Below are positions 1-12,797 of a stretch of DNA of 64,000 nucleotides, piece by piece; the first letter of the stretch is position 1; every line of letters begins with the position of its first letter. Below the pieces are notes generated by a model. The model was not told the origin of the DNA. It made no database searches and saw only the letters and a list, made by a program, of their open reading frames with translations. Source of the stretch: Cycas panzhihuaensis (lineage: Eukaryota; Plantae; Cycadophyta); assembly GCA_023213395.1 (NCBI GenBank), contig CM041465.1, forward strand, positions 231,515,741-231,579,740, written 5' to 3'. Made by a program: the position numbers and the translations under genes.

Positions 1-3000
1 TGAAGGAATCTCCATTATCTGGTATAAATTTTGTGAAAGAATAAGACTGATAGATTGGGATGCGAGAGTGGAAAATTTTATCAGACTTTCACGTATCACA
101 GTTTAAATAAGCACATTCATGGAATTTTACAAAAAATTAAGGAAAAACCTTGGAAAAAGAAGTGCATTATTTTCAGATGGAAATTAAAGAGAAAAATCTG
201 CAGGAACAACAAACTGTTCCGCCTAGTTATTCTGTGTTGAAATATGGAGATCATAGTATAGATATCATGCCAACATATACATTAAGTCCAGATGGTAAAG
301 TGGTGCAGGAGGAAAATAAAGACGAAGGAAATCAATATTGGGACAAAAGAACAACCCTGGATGATCACCTTGGGTGATTATTGAAAAGAAGAAACGGTGC
401 AACAAGTGACTTCACTATTTTTGGAATATAAGGATGTGTTTGTCTAGTCTTATAAGGACTTAAAAGGCATTCCACTAGAATTGGGTGAGTACAAAATTGA
501 TTTGATAGAAGGAGTTAAATCGATAAGGCAAAGGCCATACCGTATGAATCCAAAGCAGGAGAAAGTTGAAGCTGAGCTTGATAAGCTACTGGAAGCGGAT
601 TATATTTTTGAGGTTGAAAACAATGAATGGGTAAGTCCCATTGTAGTTGTCCCAAAAAAAAGGAGAAACTAAGAGTTTGTGTCGACTATAGAGCTTTAAA
701 CGAAGCCACTAAGAAGGATCCGTTTCCAATTCCTTTCACGGAGGATATTTTAGAAAGTGACAGGACGTGATGTGTACTCATTTACTGACGGATTCAGCGG
801 GTACAATCAAGTCCAGATTGCACGAGAAGACCAATTAAAGACAACCTTCATCACTGAATGGGGTACTTACACATTTAGAGTAATGCCATTCGGATTAACG
901 AATGCCCCTGCAACGTTCCAAAGAGTTATTCTCGATATCTTTAAACAAACAATAGAGAAAACAATTGAGGTATTTTTAGACGATTGTACACTGTTCACTG
1001 TATTAAAGGATCATCTTGGTTGTTTACGGTTGATGCTTGAAACCTACAGAAATAACAACTTATGTTTAAATCCTGTAAAATACACCTTCATGGTGCCATT
1101 CAGGACTTTACTGGGTCATGTGGTGATGAAGAATAGACTGATTATAGATCCAAATAAGGTAGCGGTGATTTTAAATTTCCCATTGCCAAACCCACAAAGG
1201 CAAGTTAAAGGATTCCTAAGGATGACAAGGTATTATCGAAAGTTCATAAAAAATTATGCTCAGATAGTTAACCCCCTGGAAATCCTATTAAAAAAGAAGA
1301 CTGAATGGCAATGGCAACTACAACAGCAGTTGGCTTTTGAATTGTTGAAAAAGAAGATAGCCTAAGCACTAATCCTCAGGTTTCCAGATTAGGATAAACC
1401 CTTTCATGTACATGTAGATGCCTGCTTATTCGCTATTGGGTGTGTATTGACACAACCGGAAGATGATAAAATTGATTTACCAATCTATTTTGCAAGTAGG
1501 AAACTAACGGAGGTTGAAAAAAATTACTCAGTGATAGAACGAGAAGGGTTGGGCATGATATATGCTCTCCAAAAATTCAGACACTATTTACTGGCTAACC
1601 CATTTGTCTTTTTTGTAGATCATTAGGCTCTTCAGTATTTAATTAATAAGCCCATAGTTTAGGTAAGAATCAGCAGGTGGCTCATGCTATTCCAAGAGTT
1701 CAATTTCAAGATCATTGTCAAGAAAGGAGCTAAGCATACAATCCCAGATTTACTGTTGAGAGAAGTGGACTGGGAACCGACAATAGGAATTCAGGACGAT
1801 TTTTCGGATGCAGAATTATTCGCTATCCAAGCAGTACCTAAATGGTACGAGAATATAGCACAGTATCTAGCAACATGACAAACACCGCTTGGGATGGAGC
1901 GTGTCAAACGACAAAGCTTCATCATGAAAACTTTTCCCTTCCAACTAATTCAAGGAATGTTGCATAGGATGGGACCCGACCAAGTCCTAAGGAGATGTAT
2001 AATGGAACATGAAGTGGAATTTGTCATCAAAGAAGCCCACAAAGGAGCTGCAACAAATATTAAGGTGTTGAATCAACGAGTAAGAAAATTCTATTAGCAG
2101 GACTTTGGTGGTCTACAATTTTTGAAGACGTACAAAAGTAGGTTCGGAGCTATGACGCATGACAACGAGTGGGGAAGCCGGCAAAGAACCATTTCATGCC
2201 TTTGTGTCCCATATTGGTTTAAGCTCCATTTGAAAAATAGGGATTGGATTTCATTGGACCTATTAGTCCACCAGCTTGGTGTACAAACGCAAGGTACATT
2301 TTGGTCACCATTGATTTTTTGACAAAATGGACCGAAGCAAAGGCAATGAGGACGTGCGATGCTCAGAGTGCAGTCCAATTTTTATACAAAATGATAATTA
2401 TCCGGTTTGGCTACTTGTTTGAAATTGTTTCGAATCAAGGAAGTAACTTCCTTAATGAAACAATAAAACATCTGACATAGGAATTTTTGATTCAATATTC
2501 AAAGTCTTCCCTATATTATCTACAGGCAAACGGGCAAGTGGAAAGCACCAATAAAATTTTGAAACAGGCATTATCCAAAATCTGTAATCAAGGGCGAACA
2601 GACTGGGCAGAGCGACTCCATTTTATTTTATGGGCTGATAGGACAACAATAAAAAGGCCACACAAACAAACTCCATTCTAGTTGTTTTATGGACTAGAAG
2701 CCGTGCTTCCTCTGGAATTCCAGACAAAAAGTTTGAGAGTGGCATCTGAGTTACGATTGTTAGAGGATGATTCACAGAACCAACGATACATAGATTTAAT
2801 GAAACTGGATGAAAAATGGGCAAGGACCTTGTGGGAACTGAAAGCAGAGAAGATGAAAAGAAAAGCATGGCAAGATCGATATCTCAAACTCCCATAGTTT
2901 TAGGAAGGAGATCTTGTTCTTCTTTATGATAAGAAGTTTCAAATTAAACTTGGAAAATTAAAGTTGCGGTGGCTTGGTCCATACAAAGTGAACCAAATTT

Positions 3001-3095
3001 GGTCGAATGGAGCAATGCGACTCCAACAACGTAATGGAACACTGTTGAAAAATCCAGTCAACGGAAGTCGACTGAAACGGTATACAGCAAATTAA
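1..3095 (+). pseudogene. pol: gypsy pol remnant of A (capsid-like remnant, RT, RNase H, integrase)
   Basis: EWVSPIVVVPKK, YSFTDGFSGYNQ, MPFGLTNAPATFQR, VFLDDC; RNase H HVDA...YFASRKL; integrase DFIGPI, EIVSNQGSNF, QANGQVESTNK; many stops and frameshifts. Confidence 0.95.
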
Positions 3096-3159
3096 AAAAG
3101 GAAAAAAAAAAGAGGACAAGAACCATAGAAACAAAAATTCCCTTATGACTTCAAAACAT

Positions 3160-3865
3160 GGATGCAAGAGGTTGCAATCTAGTTGCAACTTGGAAGCAAG
3201 TGGTTGCAACCTAGACACAAATAGTTGCGACTTGGATGCAAGAAGTTGTAACCTAGATGCAAGCCAGTTGTAACCTAGACGCAAGTGGTTGTAGCCTGGA
3301 CGCAAACGGTTGTAACCTAAAGGCAAGAAGTTGCAACAAGGATGCAAACAGTTGCAACTTGGATGCAAGAAGTTGCAACCTGGATGCGAGCGGTTGTAAT
3401 CTGAAAGCAAGAAATTGCAACCTGGACGCGAGCGATTGCAACCTGGACGCAAGTGGTTGCAATTTGAAGGTAGGAAGTTGCAACTGGGACGTAAGCAGTT
3501 GCAACCTGAATGCAAGCGGTTGTAACTTGAAGGCAAGAAGTTACAACCTAGAAGCAAGTGGTTGCAACCTAGAGGCAAGAAGTTGCAACCTGGACACAAG
3601 TTGTTGCAACTTGGACGCAAGCGGTTACAACTTGGAAGTAAGAAGTTGCAACTAGGACGCAAGTAGTTGCAACCTAGATGCAAGCGGTTGCAACCTGAAG
3701 GCAAGAAGTTGCAACTTAGATCTAAGTGTTGCAACTTGGACGCAAGTAGTTGCAACCTAGACGTAAAGTAGTTGTAACCCGGACACAAAGTGGTTACAAC
3801 TTGAATATAAATGGTTGTAACCTAGGTCAGAATGATTGCAACTTAGACGGAAGCAATTATAACCG
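3160..3865 (+). repeat. 21-bp tandem array (~30-33 units), consensus ~GCAAGNRGTTGCAACCTGGAC, palindromic core GTTGCAAC
   Basis: Period directly visible; gives heptad ORFs on both strands (SCNLDAS.. on +, CNFLLPS.. and SRLQLLA.. on -). Confidence 0.95.
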
Positions 3866-4456
3866 GTACGAAAAGGGTTGCAAACAAGAAGGCAATCAGC
3901 TTGAACATAATTGGCCAAAATTTGAAAAAGTCACAAACCAAGAGGCAAATTGAGTACATTTGGATACGATTAGCTACAATTGAGGCGAAATGACAATCAG
4001 GGAGGCAAAATGGTTGCGACTTGGACAATAAGAACAATGAAATAGTTGCAATAAGAAGGTTGCAGTCTGGGATATAGAAGACTGCAAATCTTTCCATTCA
4101 AATATAGGAGATTGTATTATGAGGAATGGTGGAGTTGCAAAACCAAGTGCAATCGGAAGAAGCAAAGAGGCAAATTTTAAGGAATACAGTTGGTCGTACT
4201 AAAAGAGAGATTATAGGAATTCTGCGAAGAAATACAGAGACATTAAATCAAGAAAAAGCTAAGGGACATTCAATTAATAATGATGGCGACAGAGTGGCAC
4301 GAATCAGTAGCAATCCGATTGACGCACGTTTCGAGACAATGCAAAATCTAAAGATGGCGACAGGTGGCTGGCATGCATTGGAGGGAAGGAAAGGCAGTAT
4401 GCTAGGGTTGCAATCGAGTAATTGCAACCATGATTTCAAGTCATGACGGTTTTGCA

Positions 4457-6100
4457 TGGCTCAACAGAATACAAGCAACAAAGTTGAAAATGAACCAGGG
4501 AAGTTTTGGAAAAATTCATGAAAGAGTAAGATAAAGAACATCGGACAAATTCAGATTAATCTTCGGGAAGCAGACAATGATGGAATTAGGCATGCATGGT
4601 GGAACATGCCTACGGAGGACGAAAGGAAAATTAAATTGACAAAGGCGGGATTCGTACAATTTGTGCAAATTGGGTTATTTCCAGCAACTACAGATTTTAT
4701 GACACAAATGATTCAACTGGTAGCTCATCAACCCGATCTTTTGGACGTTTCAGCAAAAGCTATTGCAAAAATTTCAGGTTTACTGGACTCAGGCGAAGAG
4801 GTAACTATAGATAAAAAGATTCTACGGGAGCAAGCAACAAAGTAATTGGGTGCCCAAATCACAGACGTTTCCACATCTGGCATTCGCATTGCTGGCATTG
4901 CAGACAACTTGATTCACTGGGTGGCTCATTTCCTCTTTACCAAAGTGATATTGAGCCAGAAGAATCTGTTTGTACCCACATAAATGAGATCAATACACTT
5001 CTGCGTGTAGCAAAAGGAGACAAATTCAATTGGGCAACGCTTCTTTCACGGAGATTTTTGGATAAATTGATTAGCATCAAGGCAAAACCTCAGTTGGCTG
5101 TGTTTTATCATCAAAGTTTGTTCCAGGGATTGCTATACTCTCAGTGTCTGGAGTTGGAGTTACTTGTGGCAAAGCCAAAACAAGCGGCAATGAGCAGATG
5201 GATTAATCATTGCAGGGAGAAGGGAGAGATTTGGCGAGGGGAGATTTAGGAAAAGTAAAGAAATTTTTCTTGAAGAAGGGTCAAGTTAGCAACCTTCAGA
5301 CGACACCAATAGAGGGAAAAGGGGGAAACGACATCAGGAAGAGGTGACCTTGCCAGCCGATAAGCAGAAAGAGGAAGAGGAATAGAAAGTCAAAGAGGAG
5401 AAGAAGAAGGAGGAAATTAAGAAAGGGAAATATAAAGTAGGTGGCGTATCGGTTAAGAAGGAAGTAGAAGAGCAGAAGCCAACCCAACAACCTGAAAAAA
5501 TTATTAATACAAAAGAAGAAAGAGAAGAGTTGCTACAGAAAAAGCAAAAAAAATTTTGGAAAATTTGAACAGTCAACCAGTTGAGGTGGACTTAGATTGC
5601 AACAATGAAGAGCTGACAGAGGAAGGGATTGATTCAATGGAGTGTTGGCCACACAATGTGGCACACTGGAAGATCTCATTCCTAGCCAAAGTTATTCGGC
5701 ATCTGTTGACTGAGTTGGAAGTTCGAAACAAGAGACCACCACCAGATTTGCAGAGAATCCAAAAAGCAAAAGACCAGTTAGTTGCTTGTGAAGCAAAACT
5801 AGATTTCTTGATCAAGTTTATTATGCACTGGGTGGGAGATACTTCTTGCGTGGAGCATTTGGTACTAGCTTTCGATGCCTTGTTTGGTGAGCAGATTCCA
5901 CTAGGATTGGAGAAGGTGATCCGGAAATTGGGAGCTTGGATAATGCAGATGCGGGAAGACGCCGAGTATGCTAATCACTTCTAGTCTATGATCAAATCCT
6001 TGTGACAGGACCTGTTATCTGTGGAGATAAGAAAATACGAGTTGGAAGAGGAAATTGAATAGTTGCATTCGGGGGAGAAGCCAATGATGGCCCAATCATA
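4457..6100 (+). pseudogene. Accessory ORF of A, PMD-like N-terminal domain plus K/E-rich linker and helical C-terminus, disrupted
   Basis: Joined frames read KLTKAGF..AIAKISGLLDSGEEV..GIRIAGIADNLIHWVAH..LLRVAKGDKFNW..FYHQSLFQGLLYSQCLE, which aligns by eye with ORF 12798-13880. Confidence 0.75.
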
Positions 6101-6335
6101 GGCACTACGCAACATGGTCATTCTCTACGACCATTGCAAAAAGCAAGGTATAAATCCACCATGTACTGTCTACAAGCCTCATCCACAGTGGATTTGCGCA
6201 AAAATGGAGAAGATCAGAAGGGACCAAGAAAAGTAATCTGTTTATGTAATGTTTTAAATTCTGAAACTTTGTTTTTTTTCTTGAAATTTTGGTGCTTACA
6301 AGTGAGAACACTTGTAAGTTTTGTGATGGGGGAGA

Positions 6336-6702
6336 TCTATGCGACCGTATTAGTTGCAACCCATTTAACATAATTGAACGGTTGCAACTAACTTGAGCTG
6401 TAAGCAAATATAAATATAATAGGAAAATGCTATAAGGGGGATCTTGGTTTTTTGGGATTGTAACATTTTGGTTGCTATCGCACAGAATGTAGTCGTCCAC
6501 ATTCTGTGTCTTATTGTATCAATTCTGACTCCTATGTGTACTGTTCCGAGTCATCTTTGGTTGTGAGAGAACCAGAGCAACCTATCATAGTGTAATTATG
6601 ATGGTTCTTGTTCTCATAACATTGGCTGTTTGAATTGTAATGAGTGGTTGTAACTTCAATTGTTTATGTGCCTGCTTCTATATGTGATTGAAAGAACCAA
6701 CA
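6336..6702 (+). repeat. Probable 3' LTR of A
   Basis: Follows purine tract; TATAA-like at ~6431; ends CCAACA; the partner LTR is not in the window, so boundaries are unconfirmed. Confidence 0.5.
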
Positions 6703-8090
6703 CACAATACAAAAGAAGTAGAAGCTTCAATATGATTTTTTTCACTCTATTCAGTTTCACTTTCCTCTCTCACTTAAATTTCTTTGCACTTTTGTTTGTC
6801 ATTACCTACAATAGGCACGATAACTTGATTGTCTTCATCATTTTCTTTAAACAAAAGATCTCTACTAAGAATGATTTTCTTCTCAGTGAGACTCCAAAGC
6901 CTATATGCCTTCGATGCCAAGCTATACCCTACAAGAGTACATTTCTTACTCTCATCAAGTTTGTGCCTCTTTTGATCAGGTACATGTGCACAGGTTATGC
7001 ATTAAAAAATGCAAAGATGAGCAACAAAAGGTTTTAGAATAGTCTACGTTTCCTTAAGAGTCTCATTTTGGACTGCCTTATAGGACTTATGTTCAATAAA
7101 TAAAGAATTGTATGGACAACTTCTCCCCAAAGACCTTTAGGAACATCGTTTGTTTTCATCATACATCATGCCATTTCAAGAATGGTACGTTTCGTTCGCT
7201 ATGCTATGCCATTCTCCTATGGAATGTATGTTGTTGTGAGTTGATGTTGGATCCCGTGATTTTTGTAGAAGTTGATGAATTCTGTAGAGAGATACTTGCC
7301 TCTGCTATTTCTCATCAAATCTTAATCTTTTTGTTAGAATCATTTTTAGCTTTAACCTTGATTTTTTTACACTTTGCAAAGACATTTGATTTATGCTTAA
7401 GAAGATACACCCAACATTTTCCGGTTAAGTCATCAATAAAAGTGATGAGATACTATCCTCCTCCATATGAAGTCAGTGAAATAGGCTCACATAAGTCAGA
7501 GTGAACCAACTCTAACTTTTCCTTGGCTTGTCACTTGTTGGAAAGGTTGTGGATGTTGCTTCCCAAGTGCATATGCTTCACAAACTTTGTCAATATTTTT
7601 TACTAATGGCAAATCGTCCACCATTCTTAATCTATTCATAAGTTTGAAGACTAGAGTAGTTCAAATGACCATAACTATCACGCCATAAAGTGTCAATCAA
7701 ATTATGTGCAACAAATACATGCTTATATGTTCCAGAGAATTCATAAACTTCATTCTCTTATACACTTTGAGTGATTATAATGCCATCTTTCTTTATCAAA
7801 CACTTCGACTCATCGAATGCTGCTTAGTGATACAACCAATAAAAAGCAACTTGTGCTTGAAAGAGGGTAAAAGCAAAACATTTGAGACCTGAAATGTCCC
7901 ATACTTTGGTTGAAGAATGCTTATAGTGCCACATCTAATAACTTGATGTTGACTGTTGTTAGTAAATACAATAGGAGGAAGTTGACAATCTTTTAATTCT
8001 TCAACCCAATACTTGCGATAAGTGATATGTTTAGATACACTCGAATTTATATACCACTCGCATAGCTCTGGATTTGTAGCATTAAAAACA

Positions 8091-8316
8091 TGTCAGAAGA
8101 TAATGTTTTATTCTAGGACATAAGTATGTAATGTTAGGACATAAATGTGTTAGGACATAAGTCCATCTTAATGAAATGTAATTATCTGGTGGACACGTGT
8201 CATTTACAGATTAGATGGTTATTAGGCAGTTACAACCTCTCATTGTATATATTCTACGCATTGTGCATTAGTAAAGACAATCTTCTTCCATCAATCTCTG
8301 ATGTTTCCATTCAACA
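8091..8316 (+). repeat. 5' LTR of B
   Basis: Near-identical to 23561-23770 (~4 substitutions plus a 16-bp local duplication). Confidence 0.95.
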
Positions 8317-8328
8317 TGGTATCAGAGC
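8317..8328 (+). promoter_or_regulatory. Primer-binding site, tRNA-iMet (B)
   Basis: TGGTATCAGAGC directly after the LTR. Confidence 0.95.
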
Positions 8329-9012
8329 AGGCCGCTCTGTCATATTAAGCAGATCTTGGTGTTTGTGTGCCAGATTGAAGGATATTTTGAAGTAACACAC
8401 AAGGAGGTGTTTTGATAAAAGATTCAAAGATAAGACAGGAACATTCAAAAAGTTGCAAGCAGTTTGTCTGAAGCCACCACAGGCACCTGTACGGATTCGT
8501 ACAATTGTACAGTAAAAAATTTCCAAGTACTCGGATCAAGACCAAACTTGGCCAGATTGTAGATCGAGATGTCCTGAGCATATTTTTCTTCTGGAGCGAG
8601 TCCATTTGAAGGCTTTTTCAGGGTCATTTTGCCATTTTTCAGGTCTGTGCCGATTTCATCTCTGCAAGTGAAATTTCTCTCGTTTTTTCACATTTTTTGG
8701 TCAGATTTTTTTCAAGAATATATCATTGTTGTATTGTGCCTCTCGTCTGAGCATTTTCGTCTGGATTTATGGCATTTTTCCCCATTTTTTAAGCAATTTT
8801 CTCCAAAATCAAGGGCGCCGGCCGTACCCTTTTGAGGCCTGTTTCTCCTTAATCTGAGTTCCAAATCAGAAAATAATCATAGATCTGGACTCGCCTTAGT
8901 CTTAGCTCTCTTTTGAGGTATCATTTGTACCTGTCCATACAGTTTTCGTACCGTACAGGAATCCGTACAAAAGTACGGCCTAGGGTTTTGGAAAGCCAAT
9001 TCTGAGTTCATC

Positions 9013-11858
9013 ATGGCTTCATCAGTGCTTGCCTGTCTGATAGTGACAAATTAACTGACAATAACTATCATATTTGGAAAATTAAAATAGAGACTCTACT
9101 TAGAGCCAAAAAATGCATGGCATATTGCTACTGGGACTGAGTCAAAACCTAAAGAAGCAGGGGCCACTCAAACAAATTGGGAAGAAAGAGATAGTGTCGG
9201 GGTAATTATACCAAAGTTATCAATTTCTGACCCACTTCTTGTTTATATTGAAAACCTATACTCCACTGCTAGTATATGGCAATATCTAGAGAACATGTAC
9301 AATAAAAAAAATAGAGCCAAAATAATAGCTCTAAAGGTTGAACTGTTTAATCTCCAAATGAAAGAGACTCAGACTATCACTGAATTCTTACACAAAATAA
9401 TCTCTTTGAGAAATAGCCTTATCAGTGTTGGTGACCCTCCTGCTGAACGAGAACTGGTAGAACTTGTCATCAGCAAATTGCCCAGATCTTTTGATGTCAC
9501 AATCAATACTATCACCAATGCCAATCAATTGGCAACCATGTCCTTGGATTTGCTAACAGGACTACTCTTGCAACAAGAACAAAGAAATAAAAGGTATGAA
9601 GATCTATAGATCTCGGGGATGCCTTTGCATCTTGGTTGAATCTGGGATCCAGAGGTTGAAGCAAAGGACGTGGAAGAAATCCTGAGAACTATGGCACATC
9701 ACACAGACGGTGGCAAGACTCAAGTAGCATTTCACGAGGAAGATGGCAAGATTCAAGGGCAAGAGGTAGAAGCATCATATGTTACAGTTGCGGTAAGAGA
9801 GGTCATTTTACCAACTCTTGTAAAGCGTTTGATAAATGTTATCATTGTGGTCAATTTGGACACTATCCATTTCAATGTAAGAAAGTAGATATCCAGAGAG
9901 GGAAGAAACTGATGGGAAACTTTAGCAAAGAACAGACTGACAATGATGACCAAGATGAAGAAGAAGCAATAGCTTTTGTTGTTGCTCTAACAACAAACTT
10001 GCAAGATAAAGAAGCTTGGTACATCGACTCTAGAGCTTCACGCCACATGACCAGTCGAGAAGAATGGTTTGAGGATGTACGGCCTTATACTGCAAACAAA
10101 TTAATGGAACTTGGAGACAAATACTCTCTCAAAATCAAGGGAATGGGAACAATTGCGGTCGAGATCAAAGACAAGATCGAAAAGATAGGTGATGTCCTCC
10201 TTGTGCTGGATTTGAAAATGAATCTCCTCTCTGTTTCTCAATTGAAGAAAAAGGGGATGTGTACTCTTTTTGATGAAAAGGGATTTTGTTATATTTATGA
10301 CATGAAAAATAATGGGAATATAATTGCAGAAGGGGTTGAATGTAACGACCTGTACAGGTTGATTTCACAACCCACTTTACCTAATGCAAAAGCATGTACT
10401 ACTACAAGCAATAATGATAAAGTATGGCACTTAAAGTATGGATATCTTCCCATGGAAAAATTAAAAAATATGGAAAGAAAAAAATCTGGTGATTGGATTA
10501 CCTCATATCACATCAAACAATTTTGTTTGTAAAAATTGTCAGTCTGGCAAACAGCATAGACTTCCTTTTCAAGAGAGCACATGGCGAGCCAAAGAAAAAC
10601 TAGAGTTAATACACACTGACCTCTGTGGTCCCATTACTCCACACTCAATTAATAGGAAAAGGTATTTCATCACTTTCATAGATGACTTCACCAGAAAAAT
10701 CTGGATCTATTTTTTGCATACAAAATCCGAAGCTTTTGACGCATTCAAAGAATTCAAAGCAGAAGCTGAACTAGAAAGTAATGCCAAAATCAAGTGCATA
10801 AGATCAGATGGAGGAGGTGAATACATCTCTAGAGAATTCTTGGAATATTGCAAGAATAGAGGAATATAGAGACAATTTACAACTCGATATACGCCCCAAT
10901 CCAATGGAGTTGTAGAACGCAAAAATTGAGTCATTATGGAAATGGCATGAAGTATGATACATACAAAGAATGTCTCCAAGACTTATTGGGCTGAAGTCAC
11001 AAGACCTTTGCTACCTGTTAAACAGGAGTCCAACTAAAGCAGTAATCCAATCTACTCTAGAAGAAGCCTGGACAGGAGGGAAGCCAGACATAACTCACGT
11101 AAAAGTCTTTGGCAGCCAAGTATTTGTTCATATTCGAGACAAGAAAGGGCGAAATTGGACTAAAAAAGCATTGAATGCATCATGGTAGGATACAACAAAA
11201 ACTCAAAAGCATATAAGTGCATTGATCCCATAACTAACATAGTCTATGTAAGTCGAGATGTCATCTTCAATGAGGAAGACAAAGAAGAAGATATCAATAA
11301 GACTCAGATGCTTGAAATAATACCTCAAATTCCTCCATGCAATCATATAGATGAAGAAGAACCCAGTGTTATCACTGAAGAAACGTCAGAAGAAGTCATT
11401 CACGATTCAAGTACATAGTCAACATTAGAAAGTACCTCAGAAGTTGAAGGTGAAAATCTAAAAAAATTGCCAAAATGGTATCTCAAGACCTTAGAAGAAA
11501 ACAAGGGAGAAATTCTGTCCCATCGAATGAGGAGTCAAAAACCAAAAGCACTAATAAGCAATGTTAAACCACAGTCTTTCACAGAAGCCAAAAGGCATGT
11601 CGAATGGAGGAATGCTATGGATACTGAATTGGACTCCATCATCAAAAATCAAACCTGGGAGCTAGTTGAGCTACCCCCTAACAAGTCAGTTGTAGGTTGC
11701 AAATGGGTTTATAAAATTAAAAGAAGACTAGATGGAAAAATAGAAAAACACAAAGCCAGGTTAGTTGCAAAAGGATACACACAGACAACAGGCATAGGCT
11801 ATGAAGAAACTTTTTCTCCAGTGACTAAGATAAATACTGTTAGAATGATTATAGCCAT
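9013..11858 (+). pseudogene. gag-pol: copia gag-pol of B, 5' part (gag, zinc knuckles, protease, GAG-pre-integrase, integrase, RT start)
   Basis: MASSVL..DKLTDNNYHIWKIK; WYIDSRASRHMT; LELIHTDLCGP; RSDGGGEY; NQTWELVELP..VGCKWVYKIK; frameshifts and stops. Confidence 0.93.
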
Positions 11859-12701
11859 TGTTGACTGGTGGGGTGTCTTATTACACTTACAAGATACCTC
11901 TTTCACTTGTCAAGGTTACACAGTGCTATAGTCTAGTTCAGGATACTGTCAACATGGTCATTCACATACATTCCACATATACTTCACATATATTTCACAG
12001 AATGGTACACAGAAGTACAGAAATCAATACATACTCAGCAATTCATCATTACAACACAAAGAATACACCACTTCCCACGTAACTCTTCCTTTTATTAAGT
12101 AATCAAGTCAATTTACACAGACGCTGGAATGCATTCCTGAGCATTCCAGGTGACATCTGATCATACATTACACATGCGTACCCAGATGGTACTTATCATA
12201 CAATGCTGCTCTAATTGGCTGACATACGTGCTGGCTTCCGCACCTTTGCATACCCGTGATAATCGGCTCTCACCCTCACCTGGTGGTTCATGCGTACCTC
12301 CTTAAGTACTCATGTTGGTACCTTTTGGCTGAAGGGTTATGACTGCCTGTCATAACCATACCCCTTCAGTCATACGTACCTTTTCCCTTAATCACTTGTT
12401 TAGGCACTTAATTAATTATCCTTTGTATTCTTACGTCCATACGTACGTCTGGCAGCTCAACCGGTCTTCACTGGTCCCTTTGAGTCATGCGTACCGCTTC
12501 TGCTCGGTTCCATTCTATCGTTGGTACGTATCTGTCATACATACCCGTTCCAGGTACGTACCTGTCATACGTACCTAGAATGCCGATTTCTCTGCCGTTT
12601 TGCCTCGTGCGTACCTCTGTACGGTCCGTACCTGCACAACTCAGGTTACCTGACCTACCTCTGGTCCTCTCACAGCCATAGGATCATTTTAGACTCCAAC
12701 A
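11859..12701 (-). repeat. 3' LTR of C
   Basis: Matches 21488-22309; TGTTG..CAACA ends; ~17 GTAC cores, mostly in the inferred U3 half. Confidence 0.95.
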
Positions 12702-12797
12702 TTTATCCCGGGTCAACAATTATGGGTTTGAGCATCCTTGTTCAACAAAACTCCAAAAAATTTTCAAAATTTCGGGGTATCCCTCCCCCGCTCTGTC

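Larger units (their letters stand above)
1..6702 (+). mobile_element. Ty3/gypsy non-chromovirus LTR retrotransposon A (5' part outside window), degenerate
   Basis: RT-RNaseH-INT order in 481-3095; tandem array; accessory ORF remnants; PPT-like GGGGGAGA at 6328-6335; LTR-like segment ending ...CCAACA at ~6702, after which copia D sequence resumes. Confidence 0.85.

Noticed and set aside
970-990. FLDD instead of YxDD as a sign of a novel or inactive RT
   Set aside because: Also present in E (VFLDDW), with FFDD in I; F at this position is common in plant gypsy RTs
2958-3788. 276-aa Cys/Leu-rich antisense ORF as a real gene (e.g. metallothionein-like)
   Set aside because: It is a by-product of the stop-poor 21-bp repeat and overlaps the integrase end antisense; no independent support
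3160-3865. CRISPR-like array of palindromic repeats
   Set aside because: Units are contiguous 21-mers with no unique spacers, there are no cas genes, and the context is a eukaryotic retroelement
8147-8395. Small ORFs repeated at 8147/23601, 11858/21487, 29241/34211 as duplicated genes
   Set aside because: They are chance ORFs inside LTR pairs
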